Shown here: positions 11,801-24,000 of the stretch, piece after piece
Layout of the letters: every line of letters begins with the position of its first letter
How positions within the stretch are numbered: position 1 is the first letter of the stretch
Assembly: GCA_002189035.1 (NCBI GenBank)
Contig: NEEC01000033.1
Span: forward strand, 1-64,000
Length of the DNA stretch: 64,000 bases
Reading direction: 5' to 3'
Source: Utricularia gibba
Taxonomy: Eukaryota; Plantae; Magnoliophyta
The notes under the pieces: model-generated
What the model was told of the DNA's origin: nothing
The model's database searches: none
What the model saw: the letters and a program-made list of their open reading frames with translations, nothing else
Made by a program: the position numbers and the translations under genes

Positions 11801-14800
11801 TTCCTTGGTGGCTGCGTTTAATATTGTGCTTCTCGTTCTCGAAATTGATGCAAACAAGATACACGGCAAAAGAATCAAATAGCCACTAGAGACATGGTGT
11901 ATGGGAATGGTGCATCAAGAATCAGAAGTATCATGGCAACTAATTGAATCAATCAACAGCCAAAACATATGGTGTCAAACTTCATCGGATATGCGATCAA
12001 GATGGAAAAAAGTCACATGTTACATCATGAATTTCGTGGCATCACTTATCCCAACACTATTATACTCCAGGTACGCAAAAATGTTTACTTTTAACGAATC
12101 CAGTGCACGTGTGATTTTTAGGCTGCACCCCGAATGGTGATGCGCAATGAAATGACTAGGTCGCACATCCTGGTCCACGAAGCACCTCTTCCAAAACATG
12201 CAGATCCTAACTCTTCATAGCACACCATTGGGAAGCCCGATTCGAGCTCCAAGTAGTATAATTTGGAGTTTCGTTTGTCCGATAACTGTGGACATATTAA
12301 AAACAAACCACAACGAAAAGTGTCTTACGTGTCCTTCCTTGGTGGCTGCGTTTAATATTGTGCTTCTCGTTCTCGAAATTGATGCAAACAAGATACACGG
12401 CAAAAGAATCAAATAGCCACTAGAGACATGGTGTATGGGAATGGTGCATCAAGAATCAGAAGTATCATGGCAACTAATTGAATCAATCAACAGCCAAAAC
12501 ATATGGTGTCAAACTTCATCGGATATGCGATCAAGATGGAAAAAAGTCACATGTTACATCATGAATTTCGTGGCATCACTTATCCCAACACTATTATACT
12601 CAGGTACGCAAAAATGTTTACTTTTAACGAATCCAGTGCACGTGTGATTTTTAGGCTGCACCCCGAATGGTGATGCGCAATGAAATGACTAGGTCGCACA
12701 TCCTGGTCCACGAAGCACCTCTTCCAAAACATGCAGATCCTAACTCTTCATAGCACACCATTGGGAAGCCCGATTCGAGCTCCAAGTAGTATAATTTGGA
12801 GTTTCGTTTGTCCGATAACTGTGGACATATTAAAAACAAACCACAACGAAAAGTGTCTTACGTGTCCTTCCTTGGTGGCTGCGTTTAATATTGTGCTTCT
12901 CGTTCTCGAAATTGATGCAAACAAGATACACGGCAAAAGAATCAAATAGCCACTAGAGACATGGTGTATGGGAATGGTGCATCAAGAATCAGAAGTATCA
13001 TGGCAACTAATTGAATCAATCAACAGCCAAAACATATGGTGTCAAACTTCATCGGATATGCGATCAAGATGGAAAAAAGTCACATGTTACATCATGAATT
13101 TCGTGGCATCACTTATCCCAACACTATTATACTCCAGGTACGCAAAAATGTTTACTTTTAACGAATCCAGTGCACGTGTGATTTTTAGGCTGCACCCCGA
13201 ATGGTGATGCGCAATGAAATGACTAGGTCGCACATCCTGGTCCACGAAGCACCTCTTCCAAAACATGCAGATCCTAACTCTTCATAGCACACCATTGGGA
13301 AGCCCGATTCGAGCTCCAAGTAGTATAATTTGGAGTTTCGTTTGTCCGATAACTGTGGACATATTAAAAACAAACCACAACGAAAAGTGTCTTACGTGTC
13401 CTTCCTTGGTGGCTGCGTTTAATATTGTGCTTCTCGTTCTCGAAATTGATGCAAAAGATACACGGCAAAAGAATCAAATAGCCACTAGAGACATGGTGTA
13501 TGGGAATGGTGCATCAAGAATCAGAAGTATCATGGCAACTAATTGAATCAATCAACAGCCAAAACATATGGTGTCAAACTTCATCGGATATGCGATCAAG
13601 ATGGAAAAAAGTCACATGTTACATCATGAATTTCGTGGCATCACTTATCCCAACACTATTATACTCCAGGTACGCAAAAATGTTTACTTTTAACGAATCC
13701 AGTGCACGTGTGATTTTTAGGCTGCACCCCGAATGGTGATGCGCAATGAAATGACTAGGTCGCACATCCTGGTCCACGAAGCACCTCTTCCAAAACATGC
13801 AGATCCTAACTCTTCATAGCACACCATTGGGAAGCCCGATTCGAGCTCCAAGTAGTATAATTTGGAGTTTCGTTTGTCCGATAACTGTGGACATATTAAA
13901 AACAAACCACAACGAAAAGTGTCTTACGTGTCCTTCCTTGGTGGCTGCGTTTAATATTGTGCTTCTCGTTCTCGAAATTGATGCAAACAAGATACACGGC
14001 AAAAGAATCAAATAGCCACTAGAGACATGGTGTATGGGAATGGTGCATCAAGAATCAGAAGTATCATGGCAACTAATTGAATCAATCAACAGCCAAAACA
14101 TATGGTGTCAAACTTCATCGGATATGCGATCAAGATGGAAAAAAGTCACATGTTACATCATGAATTTCGTGGCATCACTTATCCCAACACTATTATACTC
14201 CAGGTACGCAAAAATGTTTACTTTTAACGAATCCAGTGCACGTGTGATTTTTAGGCTGCACCCCGAATGGTGATGCGCAATGAAATGACTAGGTCGCACA
14301 TCCTGGTCCACGAAGCACCTCTTCCAAAACATGCAGATCCTAACTCTTCATAGCACACCATTGGGAAGCCCGATTCGAGCTCCAAGTAGTATAATTTGGA
14401 GTTTCGTTTGTCCGATAACTGTGGACATATTAAAAACAAACCACAACGAAAAGTGTCTTACGTGTCCTTCCTTGGTGGCTGCGTTTAATATTGTGCTTCT
14501 CGTTCTCGAAATTGATGCAAACAAGATACACGGCAAAAGAATCAAATAGCCACTAGAGACATGGTGTATGGGAATGGTGCATCAAGAATCAGAAGTATCA
14601 TGGCAACTAATTGAATCAATCAACAGCCAAAACATATGGTGTCAAACTTCATCGGATATGCGATCAAGATGGAAAAAAGTCACATGTTACATCATGAATT
14701 TCGTGGCATCACTTATCCCAACACTATTATACTCCAGGTACGCAAAAATGTTTACTTTTAACGAATCCAGTGCACGTGTGATTTTTAGGCTGCACCCCGA

Positions 14801-17800
14801 ATGGTGATGCGCAATGAAATGACTAGGTCGCACATCCTGGTCCACGAAGCACCTCTTCCAAAACATGCAGATCCTAACTCTTCATAGCACACCATTGGGA
14901 AGCCCGATTCGAGCTCCAAGTAGTATAATTTGGAGTTTCGTTTGTCCGATAACTGTGGACATATTAAAAACAAACCACAACGAAAAGTGTCTTACGTGTC
15001 CTTCCTTGGTGGCTGCGTTTAATATTGTGCTTCTCGTTCTCGAAATTGATGCAAACAAGATACACGGCAAAAGAATCAAATAGCCACTAGAGACATGGTG
15101 TATGGGAATGGTGCATCAAGAATCAGAAGTATCATGGCAACTAATTGAATCAATCAACAGCCAAAACATATGGTGTCAAACTTCATCGGATATGCGATCA
15201 AGATGGAAAAAAGTCACATGTTACATCATGAATTTCGTGGCATCACTTATCCCAACACTATTATACTCCAGGTACGCAAAAATGTTTACTTTTAACGAAT
15301 CCAGTGCACGTGTGATTTTTAGGCTGCACCCCGAATGGTGATGCGCAATGAAATGACTAGGTCGCACATCCTGGTCCACGAAGCACCTCTTCCAAAACAT
15401 GCAGATCCTAACTCTTCATAGCACACCATTGGGAAGCCCGATTCGAGCTCCAAGTAGTATAATTTGGAGTTTCGTTTGTCCGATAACTGTGGACATATTA
15501 AAAACAAACCACAACGAAAAGTGTCTTACGTGTCCTTCCTTGGTGGCTGCGTTTAATATTGTGCTTCTCGTTCTCGAAATTGATGCAAACAAGATACACG
15601 GCAAAAGAATCAAATAGCCACTAGAGACATGGTGTATGGGAATGGTGCATCAAGAATCAGAAGTATCATGGCAACTAATTGAATCAATCAACAGCCAAAA
15701 CATATGGTGTCAAACTTCATCGGATATGCGATCAAGATGGAAAAAAGTCACATGTTACATCATGAATTTCGTGGCATCACTTATCCCAACACTATTATAC
15801 TCCAGGTACGCAAAAATGTTTACTTTTAACGAATCCAGTGCACGTGTGATTTTTAGGCTGCACCCCGAATGGTGATGCGCAATGAAATGACTAGTCGCAC
15901 ATCCTGGTCCACGAAGCACCTCTTCCAAAACATGCAGATCCTAACTCTTCATAGCACACCATTGGGAAGCCCGATTCGAGCTCCAAGTAGTATAATTTGG
16001 AGTTTCGTTTGTCCGATAACTGTGGACATATTAAAAACAAACCACAACGAAAAGTGTCTTACGTGTCCTTCCTTGGTGGCTGCGTTTAATATTGTGCTTC
16101 TCGTTCTCGAAATTGATGCAAACAAGATACACGGCAAAAGAATCAAATAGCCACTAGAGACATGGTGTATGGGAATGGTGCATCAAGAATCAGAAGTATC
16201 ATGGCAACTAATTGATCAATCAACAGCCAAAACATATGGTGTCAAACTTCATCGGATATGCGATCAAGATGGAAAAAAGTCACATGTTACATCATGAATT
16301 TCGTGGCATCACTTATCCCAACACTATTATACTCCAGGTACGCAAAAATGTTTACTTTTAACGAATCCAGTGCACGTGTGATTTTTAGGCTGCACCCCGA
16401 ATGGTGATGCGCAATGAAATGACTAGGTCGCACATCCTGGTCCACGAAGCACCTCTTCCAAAACATGCAGATCCTAACTCTTCATAGCACACCATTGGGA
16501 AGCCCGATTCGAGCTCCAAGTAGTATAATTTGGAGTTTCGTTTGTCCGATAACTGTGGACATATTAAAAACAAACCACAACGAAAAGTGTCTTACGTGTC
16601 CTTCCTTGGTGGCTGCGTTTAATATTGTGCTTCTCGTTCTCGAAATTGATGCAAAAGATACACGGAAAAAGAATCAAATAGCCACTAGAGACATGGTGTA
16701 TGGGAATGGTGCATCAAGAATCAGAAGTATCATGCAACTAATTGATCAATCAACAGCCAAAACATATGGTGTCAAACTTCATCGGATATGCGATCAAGAT
16801 GGAAAAAAGTCACATGTTACATCATGAATTTCGTGGCATCACTTATCCCAACACTATTATACTCCAGGTACGCAAAAATGTTTACTTTTAACGAATCCAG
16901 TGCACGTGTGATTTTTAGGCTGCACCCCGAATGGTGATGCGCAATGAAATGACTAGTCGCACATCCTGGTCCACGAAGCACCTCTTCCAAAACATGCAGA
17001 TCCTAACTCTTCATAGCACACCATTGGGAAGCCCGATTCGAGCTCCAAGTAGTATAATTTGGAGTTTCGTTTGTCCGATAACTGTGGACATATTAAAAAC
17101 AAACCACAACGAAAAGTGTCTTACGTGTCCTTCCTTGGTGGCTGCGTTTAATATTGTGCTTCTCGTTCTCGAAATTGATGCAAAAGATACACGGCAAAAG
17201 AATCAAATAGCCACTAGAGACATGGTGTATGGGAATGGTGCATCAAGAATCAGAAGTATCATGGCAACTAATTGAATCAATCAACAGCCAAACATATGGT
17301 GTCAAACTTCATCGGATATGCGATCAAGATGGAAAAAAGTCACATGTTACATCATGAATTTCGTGGCATCACTTATCCCAACACTATTATACTCAGGTAT
17401 GCAAAATGTTTACTTTTAACGAATCCAGTGCACGTGTGATTTTTAGGCTGCACCCCGAATGGTGATGCGCAATGAAATGACTAGTCGCACATCCTGGTCC
17501 ACGAAGCACCTCTTCCAAAACATGCAGATCCTAACTCTTCATAGCACACCATTGGGAAGCCCGATTCGAGCTCCAAGTAGTATAATTTGGAGTTTCGTTT
17601 GTCCGATAACTGTGGACATATTAAAAACAAACCACAACGAAAAGTGTCTTACGTGTCCTTCCTTGGTGGCTGCGTTTAATATTGTGCTTCTCGTTCTCGA
17701 AATTGATGCAAACAAGATACACGGCAAAAGAATCAAATAGCCACTAGAGACATGGTGTATGGGAATGGTGCATCAAGAATCAGAAGTATCATGGCAACTA

Positions 17801-20041
17801 ATTGAATCAATCAACAGCCAAAACATATGGTGTCAAACTTCATCGGATATGCGATCAAGATGGAAAAAAGTCACATGTTACATCATGAATTTCGTGGCAT
17901 CACTTATCCCAACACTATTATACTCCAGGTACGCAAAAATGTTTACTTTTAACGAATCCAGTGCACGTGTGATTTTTAGGCTGCACCCCGAATGGTGATG
18001 CGCAATGAAATGACTAGGTCGCACATCCTGGTCCACGAAGCACCTCTTCCAAAACATGCAGATCCTAACTCTTCATAGCACACCATTGGGAAGCCCGATT
18101 CGAGCTCCAAGTAGTATAATTTGGAGTTTCGTTTGTCCGATAACTGTGGACATATTAAAAACAAACCACAACGAAAAGTGTCTTACGTGTCCTTCCTTGG
18201 TGGCTGCGTTTAATATTGTGCTTCTCGTTCTCGAAATTGATGCAAAAGATACACGGCAAAAGAATCAAATAGCCACTAGAGACATGGTGTATGGGAATGG
18301 TGCATCAAGAATCAGAAGTATCATGGCAACTAATTGAATCAATCAACAGCCAAAACATATGGTGTCAAACTTCATCGGATATGCGATCAAGATGGAAAAA
18401 AGTCACATGTTACATCATGAATTTCGTGGCATCACTTATCCCAACACTATTATACTCCAGGTACGCAAAAATGTTTACTTTTAACGAATCCAGTGCACGT
18501 GTGATTTTTAGGCTGCACCCCGAATGGTGATGCGCAATGAAATGACTAGGTCGCACATCCTGGTCCACGAAGCACCTCTTCCAAAACATGCAGATCCTAA
18601 CTCTTCATAGCACACCATTGGGAAGCCCGATTCGAGCTCCAAGTAGTATAATTTGGAGTTTCGTTTGTCCGATAACTGTGGACATATTAAAAACAAACCA
18701 CAACGAAAAGTGTCTTACGTGTCCTTCCTTGGTGGCTGCGTTTAATATTGTGCTTCTCGTTCTCGAAATTGATGCAAACAAGATACACGGCAAAAGAATC
18801 AAATAGCCACTAGAGACATGGTGTATGGGAATGGTGCATCAAGAATCAGAAGTATCATGCAACTAATTGATCAATCAACAGCCAAAACATATGGTGTCAA
18901 ACTTCATCGGATATGCGATCAAGATGGAAAAAAGTCACATGTTACATCATGAATTTCGTGGCATCACTTATCCCAACACTATTATACTCCAGGTACGCAA
19001 AAATGTTTACTTTTAACGAATCCAGTGCACGTGTGATTTTTAGGCTGCACCCCGAATGGTGATGCGCAATGAAATGACTAGTCGCACATCCTGGTCCACG
19101 AAGCACCTCTTCCAAAACATGCAGATCCTAACTCTTCATAGCACACCATTGGGAAGCCCGATTCGAGCTCCAAGTAGTATAATTTGGAGTTTCGTTTGTC
19201 CGATAACTGTGGACATATTAAAAACAAACCACAACGAAAAGTGTCTTACGTGTCCTTCCTTGGTGGCTGCGTTTAATATTGTGCTTCTCGTTCTCGAAAT
19301 TGATGCAAACAAGATACACGGCAAAAGAATCAAATAGCCACTAGAGACATGGTGTATGGGAATGGTGCATCAAGAATCAGAAGTATCATGGCAACTAATT
19401 GAATCAATCAACAGCCAAAACATATGGTGTCAAACTTCATCGGATATGCGATCAAGATGGAAAAAAGTCACATGTTACATCATGAATTTCGTGGCATCAC
19501 TTATCCCAACACTATTATACTCCAGGTACGCAAAAATGTTTACTTTTAACGAATCCAGTGCACGTGTGATTTTTAGGCTGCACCCCGAATGGTGATGCGC
19601 AATGAAATGACTAGGTCGCACATCCTGGTCCACGAAGCACCTCTTCCAAAACATGCAGATCCTAACTCTTCATAGCACACCATTGGGAAGCCCGATTCGA
19701 GCTCCAAGTAGTATAATTTGGAGTTTCGTTTGTCCGATAACTGTGGACATATTAAAAACAAACCACAACGAAAAGTGTCTTACGTGTCCTTCCTTGGTGG
19801 CTGCGTTTAATATTGTGCTTCTCGTTCTCGAAATTGATGCAAAAGATACACGGAAAAGAATCAAATAGCCACTAGAGACATGGTGTATGGGAATGGTGCA
19901 TCAAGAATCAGAAGTATCATGCAACTAATTGATCAATCAACAGCCAAAACATATGGTGTCAAACTTCATCGGATATGCGATCAAGATGGAAAAAAGTCAC
20001 ATGTTACATCATGAATTTCGTGGCATCACTTATCCCAACAC
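2813..20041 (+). repeat. Highly homogeneous subfamily A block (about 32 monomers)
   Basis: Consecutive units carry A alleles at essentially all diagnostic sites. Differences are almost all 1-2 nt deletions, plus very few substitutions (G>A at 3398, a B-type ACTATG near 6824). Confidence 0.95.
4947..5480 (+). repeat. Representative subfamily A monomer (534 bp)
   Basis: One full period between CCACTAG anchors. Hand count: A172 T141 C116 G105, with 20 CpG. A alleles: GGTGCATC, ATTGAATC, TTTAGG, ACTAGG, GATCCT, CCCGATTCGAG, GTTTCG, TCCGATA, AATATTG, AAACAAG. Confidence 0.97.
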
Positions 20042-23000
20042 TGGTATACTTTTAACGGTGCACGTGCTGCACCCCGAATGGTGATGCGCAATGAAATGAC
20101 TATCGCACATCCTGGTCCACGAAGCACCTCTTCCAAAACATGCAGATGTCCCATTCGAAAGTAGTATACGTTTGTCCATAACACATATTAAAAACAAACC
20201 ACAACGAAAAGTGTCTTACGTGTCCTTCCTTGGTGGCTGCGTTTAATATTGTGCTTCTCGTTCTCGAAATTGATGCAAATACACGGCAAAAGAATCAAAT
20301 AGCCACTAGAGACATGGTGTATGGGAATGGTGCATCAAGAATCAGAAGTATCATGGCAACTAATTGCAATCAATATGGTGTCAAACTTCATCGGATATGC
20401 GATCAAGATGGAAAAAAGTCACATGTTACATCATGAATTTCGTGGCATCACTTATCCCAACACTATTATACAGGTACGCAAAATGTTTACTTTTAACGAA
20501 TCCAGTGCACGTGTGATTTTTAGGCTGCACCCCGAATGGTGATGCGCAATGAAATGACTAGTCGCACATCCTGGTTCTTCCAAAACATGCAGATCCTAAC
20601 TCTTCATAGCACACCATTGGGAAGCCCGATTCGAGCTCCAAGTAGTATAATTTGGAGTTTCGTTTGTCCGATAACTGTGGACATATTAAAAAAAACCACA
20701 ACGAAAAGTGTCTTACGTGTCCTTCCTTGGTGGCTGCGTTTAATATTGTGCTTCTCGTTCTCGAAATTGATGCAAGATACACGGCAAAAGAATCAAATAG
20801 CCACTAGAGACATGGTGTATGGGAATGGTGCATCAAGAATCAGAAGTATCATGGCAACTAATTGATCAATCAACAGCCAAAAATATGGTGTCAAACTTCA
20901 TCGGATATGCGATCAAGATGGAAAAAAGTCACATGTTACATCATGAATTTCGTGGCATCACTTATCCCAACACTATTATACTCCAGGTACGCAAAAATGT
21001 TTACTTTTAACGAATCCAGTGCACGTGTGATTTTTAGGCTGCACCCCGAATGGTGATGCGCAATGAAATGACTATCGCACATCCTGGTCCACGAAGCACC
21101 TCTTCCAAAACATGCAGATCTAACTCTTCATAGCACACCATTGGGAAGCCCGATTCGAGCTCCACATAACTGTGGACATGAAAAGACAATAAAATTGATG
21201 CATACTCAACCACTAGAGACATGGTGTATGGGAATGGTGCATCAAGAATCAGAAGTATCATGGCAACTAATTGAATCAATCAACAGCCAAAACATATGGT
21301 GTCAAACTTCATCGGATATGCGATCAAGATGGAAAAAAGTCACATGTTACATCATGAATTTCGTGGCATCACTGGTACGCCGAATTTCTTGTGATGCGCA
21401 AAAATGACTATTTGGTCTCGTCGCACACCATCCATAACGTATAAACATATTAAAAACAAACCACAACGAAAAGTGTCTTACGTGTCCTTCCTTGGTGGCT
21501 GCGTTTAATAAAATTGATGCTACACGGCAAAAGAATCAAATAGCCACTAGAGACATGGTGTATGGGAATGGTGCATCAAGAATCAGAAGTATCAACTCAA
21601 TCAACATACATTCATCGGCGATCAAGCACATGTTACATCATGAATTTCGTGGCATCACGGTAACTATCTGCACGTGTCTGTGGTGATGCGCAATGAAATG
21701 ACCGCACATCCTGGTTCTTCCATGCAGATGTTGGGAAGCCCGATTCGAGCTCCAAGTAGTATAATTTGGAGTTTCGTTTGTCCGATAACTGTGGACATAT
21801 TAAAAACAAACCACAACGAAAAGTGTCTTACGTGTCAATCAACAAAATTCGTGTCATCATCTATCATCGGTATGCGGATCGGATGGAAAAAAGTCACATG
21901 TTACATCATGAATTTCGTGGCATCACTTATCCCAACACTATTCCTAGAACTGCAATGGTGAAATGTTAACATCAACAGCAATCCAGTGCACGTGTCAAAC
22001 TGCATGAATGGTGAATGCGAACAATATGTCACATCAACACATCAGGTCGGCATCCACATCATCATCCAACTTATCTATTATACTCCAGGTACGCAAAAAT
22101 GTTTACTTTTAACGAATCCAGTGCACGTGTGATTTTTAGGCTGCACCCCGAATGGTGATGCGCAATGAAATGACTACGCACATCATCTGGGCACAGCCCG
22201 ATTCGAGCTCCAAGTAGTATAATTTGGAGTTTCGTTTGTCCGTGGACATATTAAAAACAAACCACAACGAAAAGTGTCTTACGTGTCCTTCCTTGGTGGC
22301 TGCGTTTAATAATTTGCTCTCGTTCATCCATATGGGTACACTTCATTAAAAGCACAACCACCAGAGACGTGTGCTCTGTGGTGATGTCCTTGGTGATGCG
22401 GTATATGCAAACTAGAAAAGTGTCTTACGTGTCCTTCCTTGGTGGCTGCGTTTAATATTGAACAAATACACGGCAAAAGAATCAAATAGCCACTAGAGAC
22501 ATGGTGTATGGGAATGGTGCATCAAGAATCAGAAGTATCATGGCAACTAATTGCAATCAATATGGTGTCAAACTTCATCGGATATGCGATCAAGATGGAA
22601 AAAAGTCACATGTTACATCATGAATTTCGTGGCATCACTTATCCCAACACTATTATACTCCAGGTACGCAAAAATGTTTACTTTTAACGAATCCAGTGCA
22701 CGTGTGATTTTTAGGCTGCACCCCGAATGGTGATGCGCAATGAAATGACTATCGCACATCCTGGTCCACGAAGCACCTCTTCCAAAACATGCAGATGCTT
22801 TCTGTCATCTGTGGATGCCAGGTACGCAAAAACATGTTTTTGAATGGCAAACGTGCTTCATGTGGTGATAATGAAATGATTCAGTCATCATCATTATCAT
22901 GGCAACTGGGCAAACATCGGAATGCCCACATGTTACAGAAATGCACTTTTAACGAATCCAGTGCACGTGTGATTTTTCTGCTGGTGATGCGCAATGAAAT

Positions 23001-24000
23001 GACTAGTCGCACATCCTGGTCCACGAAGCACCTCTTCCAAAACATGCAGATCCTAACTCTTCATAGCACACCATTGGGAAGCCCTATTCGTGCTCCAAGT
23101 AGTATAATTTGGAGTTACGTTTGTCCCACGTGTGTAATAATGTGCAAATTGATGCACACGGCAAAAGAATCAAATAGCCACTAGAGACATGGTGTATGGG
23201 AATGGTGTCAAGAATCAGAAGTATCATGGCAACTAATTGGCCAAAACATATCAAACTTCATCGGATATGCGATCAACACATGTTACATCATGAATTTCGT
23301 GGCAAGGTACGCAAAACTTTTAACGAATCCAGTCACGTGTCTGCAAATGGTGATGCGCAATGAAATGACTATCGCACATCCTGGTCCACGAAGCAGCAGA
23401 TCAACTCTTCATAGCACACCATTGGGAAGATTCGTGCTCCAACATAACTTGGACATATTAAAAACAAACCACAACGAAAAGTGTCTTAAATGTGCAAATT
23501 GATGCACACGGCAAAAGAATCAAATATAGAGACATCATCTCAGAAGTATCATGGCAACTAATTGCATCAATCAACAGTAAGGATATGATCAAGATGGAAA
23601 AAAGTCACATGTTACATCATGAATTTCGTGGCATGGTACGGTACTTTTAACGAATCCAGTGCACGTGTGATTTTTAGGCTGCAAATGGTGATGCGCAATG
23701 AAATGAGTCGCACATCCTGGTCCACGAAGCACCTCTTCCAAAACATGCAGATGCACACCATTTTCGTGTCATAACTGTGGACATATTAAAAACAAACCAC
23801 AACGAAAAGTGTCTTACGTGTCCTTCCTTGGTGGCTGCGTTTAATGTGCAAATTGATGCAAGATACACGGAAAAGAATCAAATATAGAGACACATCAAGA
23901 ATTATCATGCAACTAATTGATCAATTTCAAACTTCATCGGATATGCGATCAAGATGGAAAAAAGTCACATGTTACATCATGAATTTCGTGGCATCACTTA
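20042..24000 (+). other. Heavily degraded, deletion-rich monomers (mostly A-derived), probably low-quality sequence
   Basis: Units are shortened by multiple 5-60 nt deletions and interspersed with scrambled monomer fragments, e.g. about 21835-22075, 22320-22420 and 22795-22945. Confidence 0.85.
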
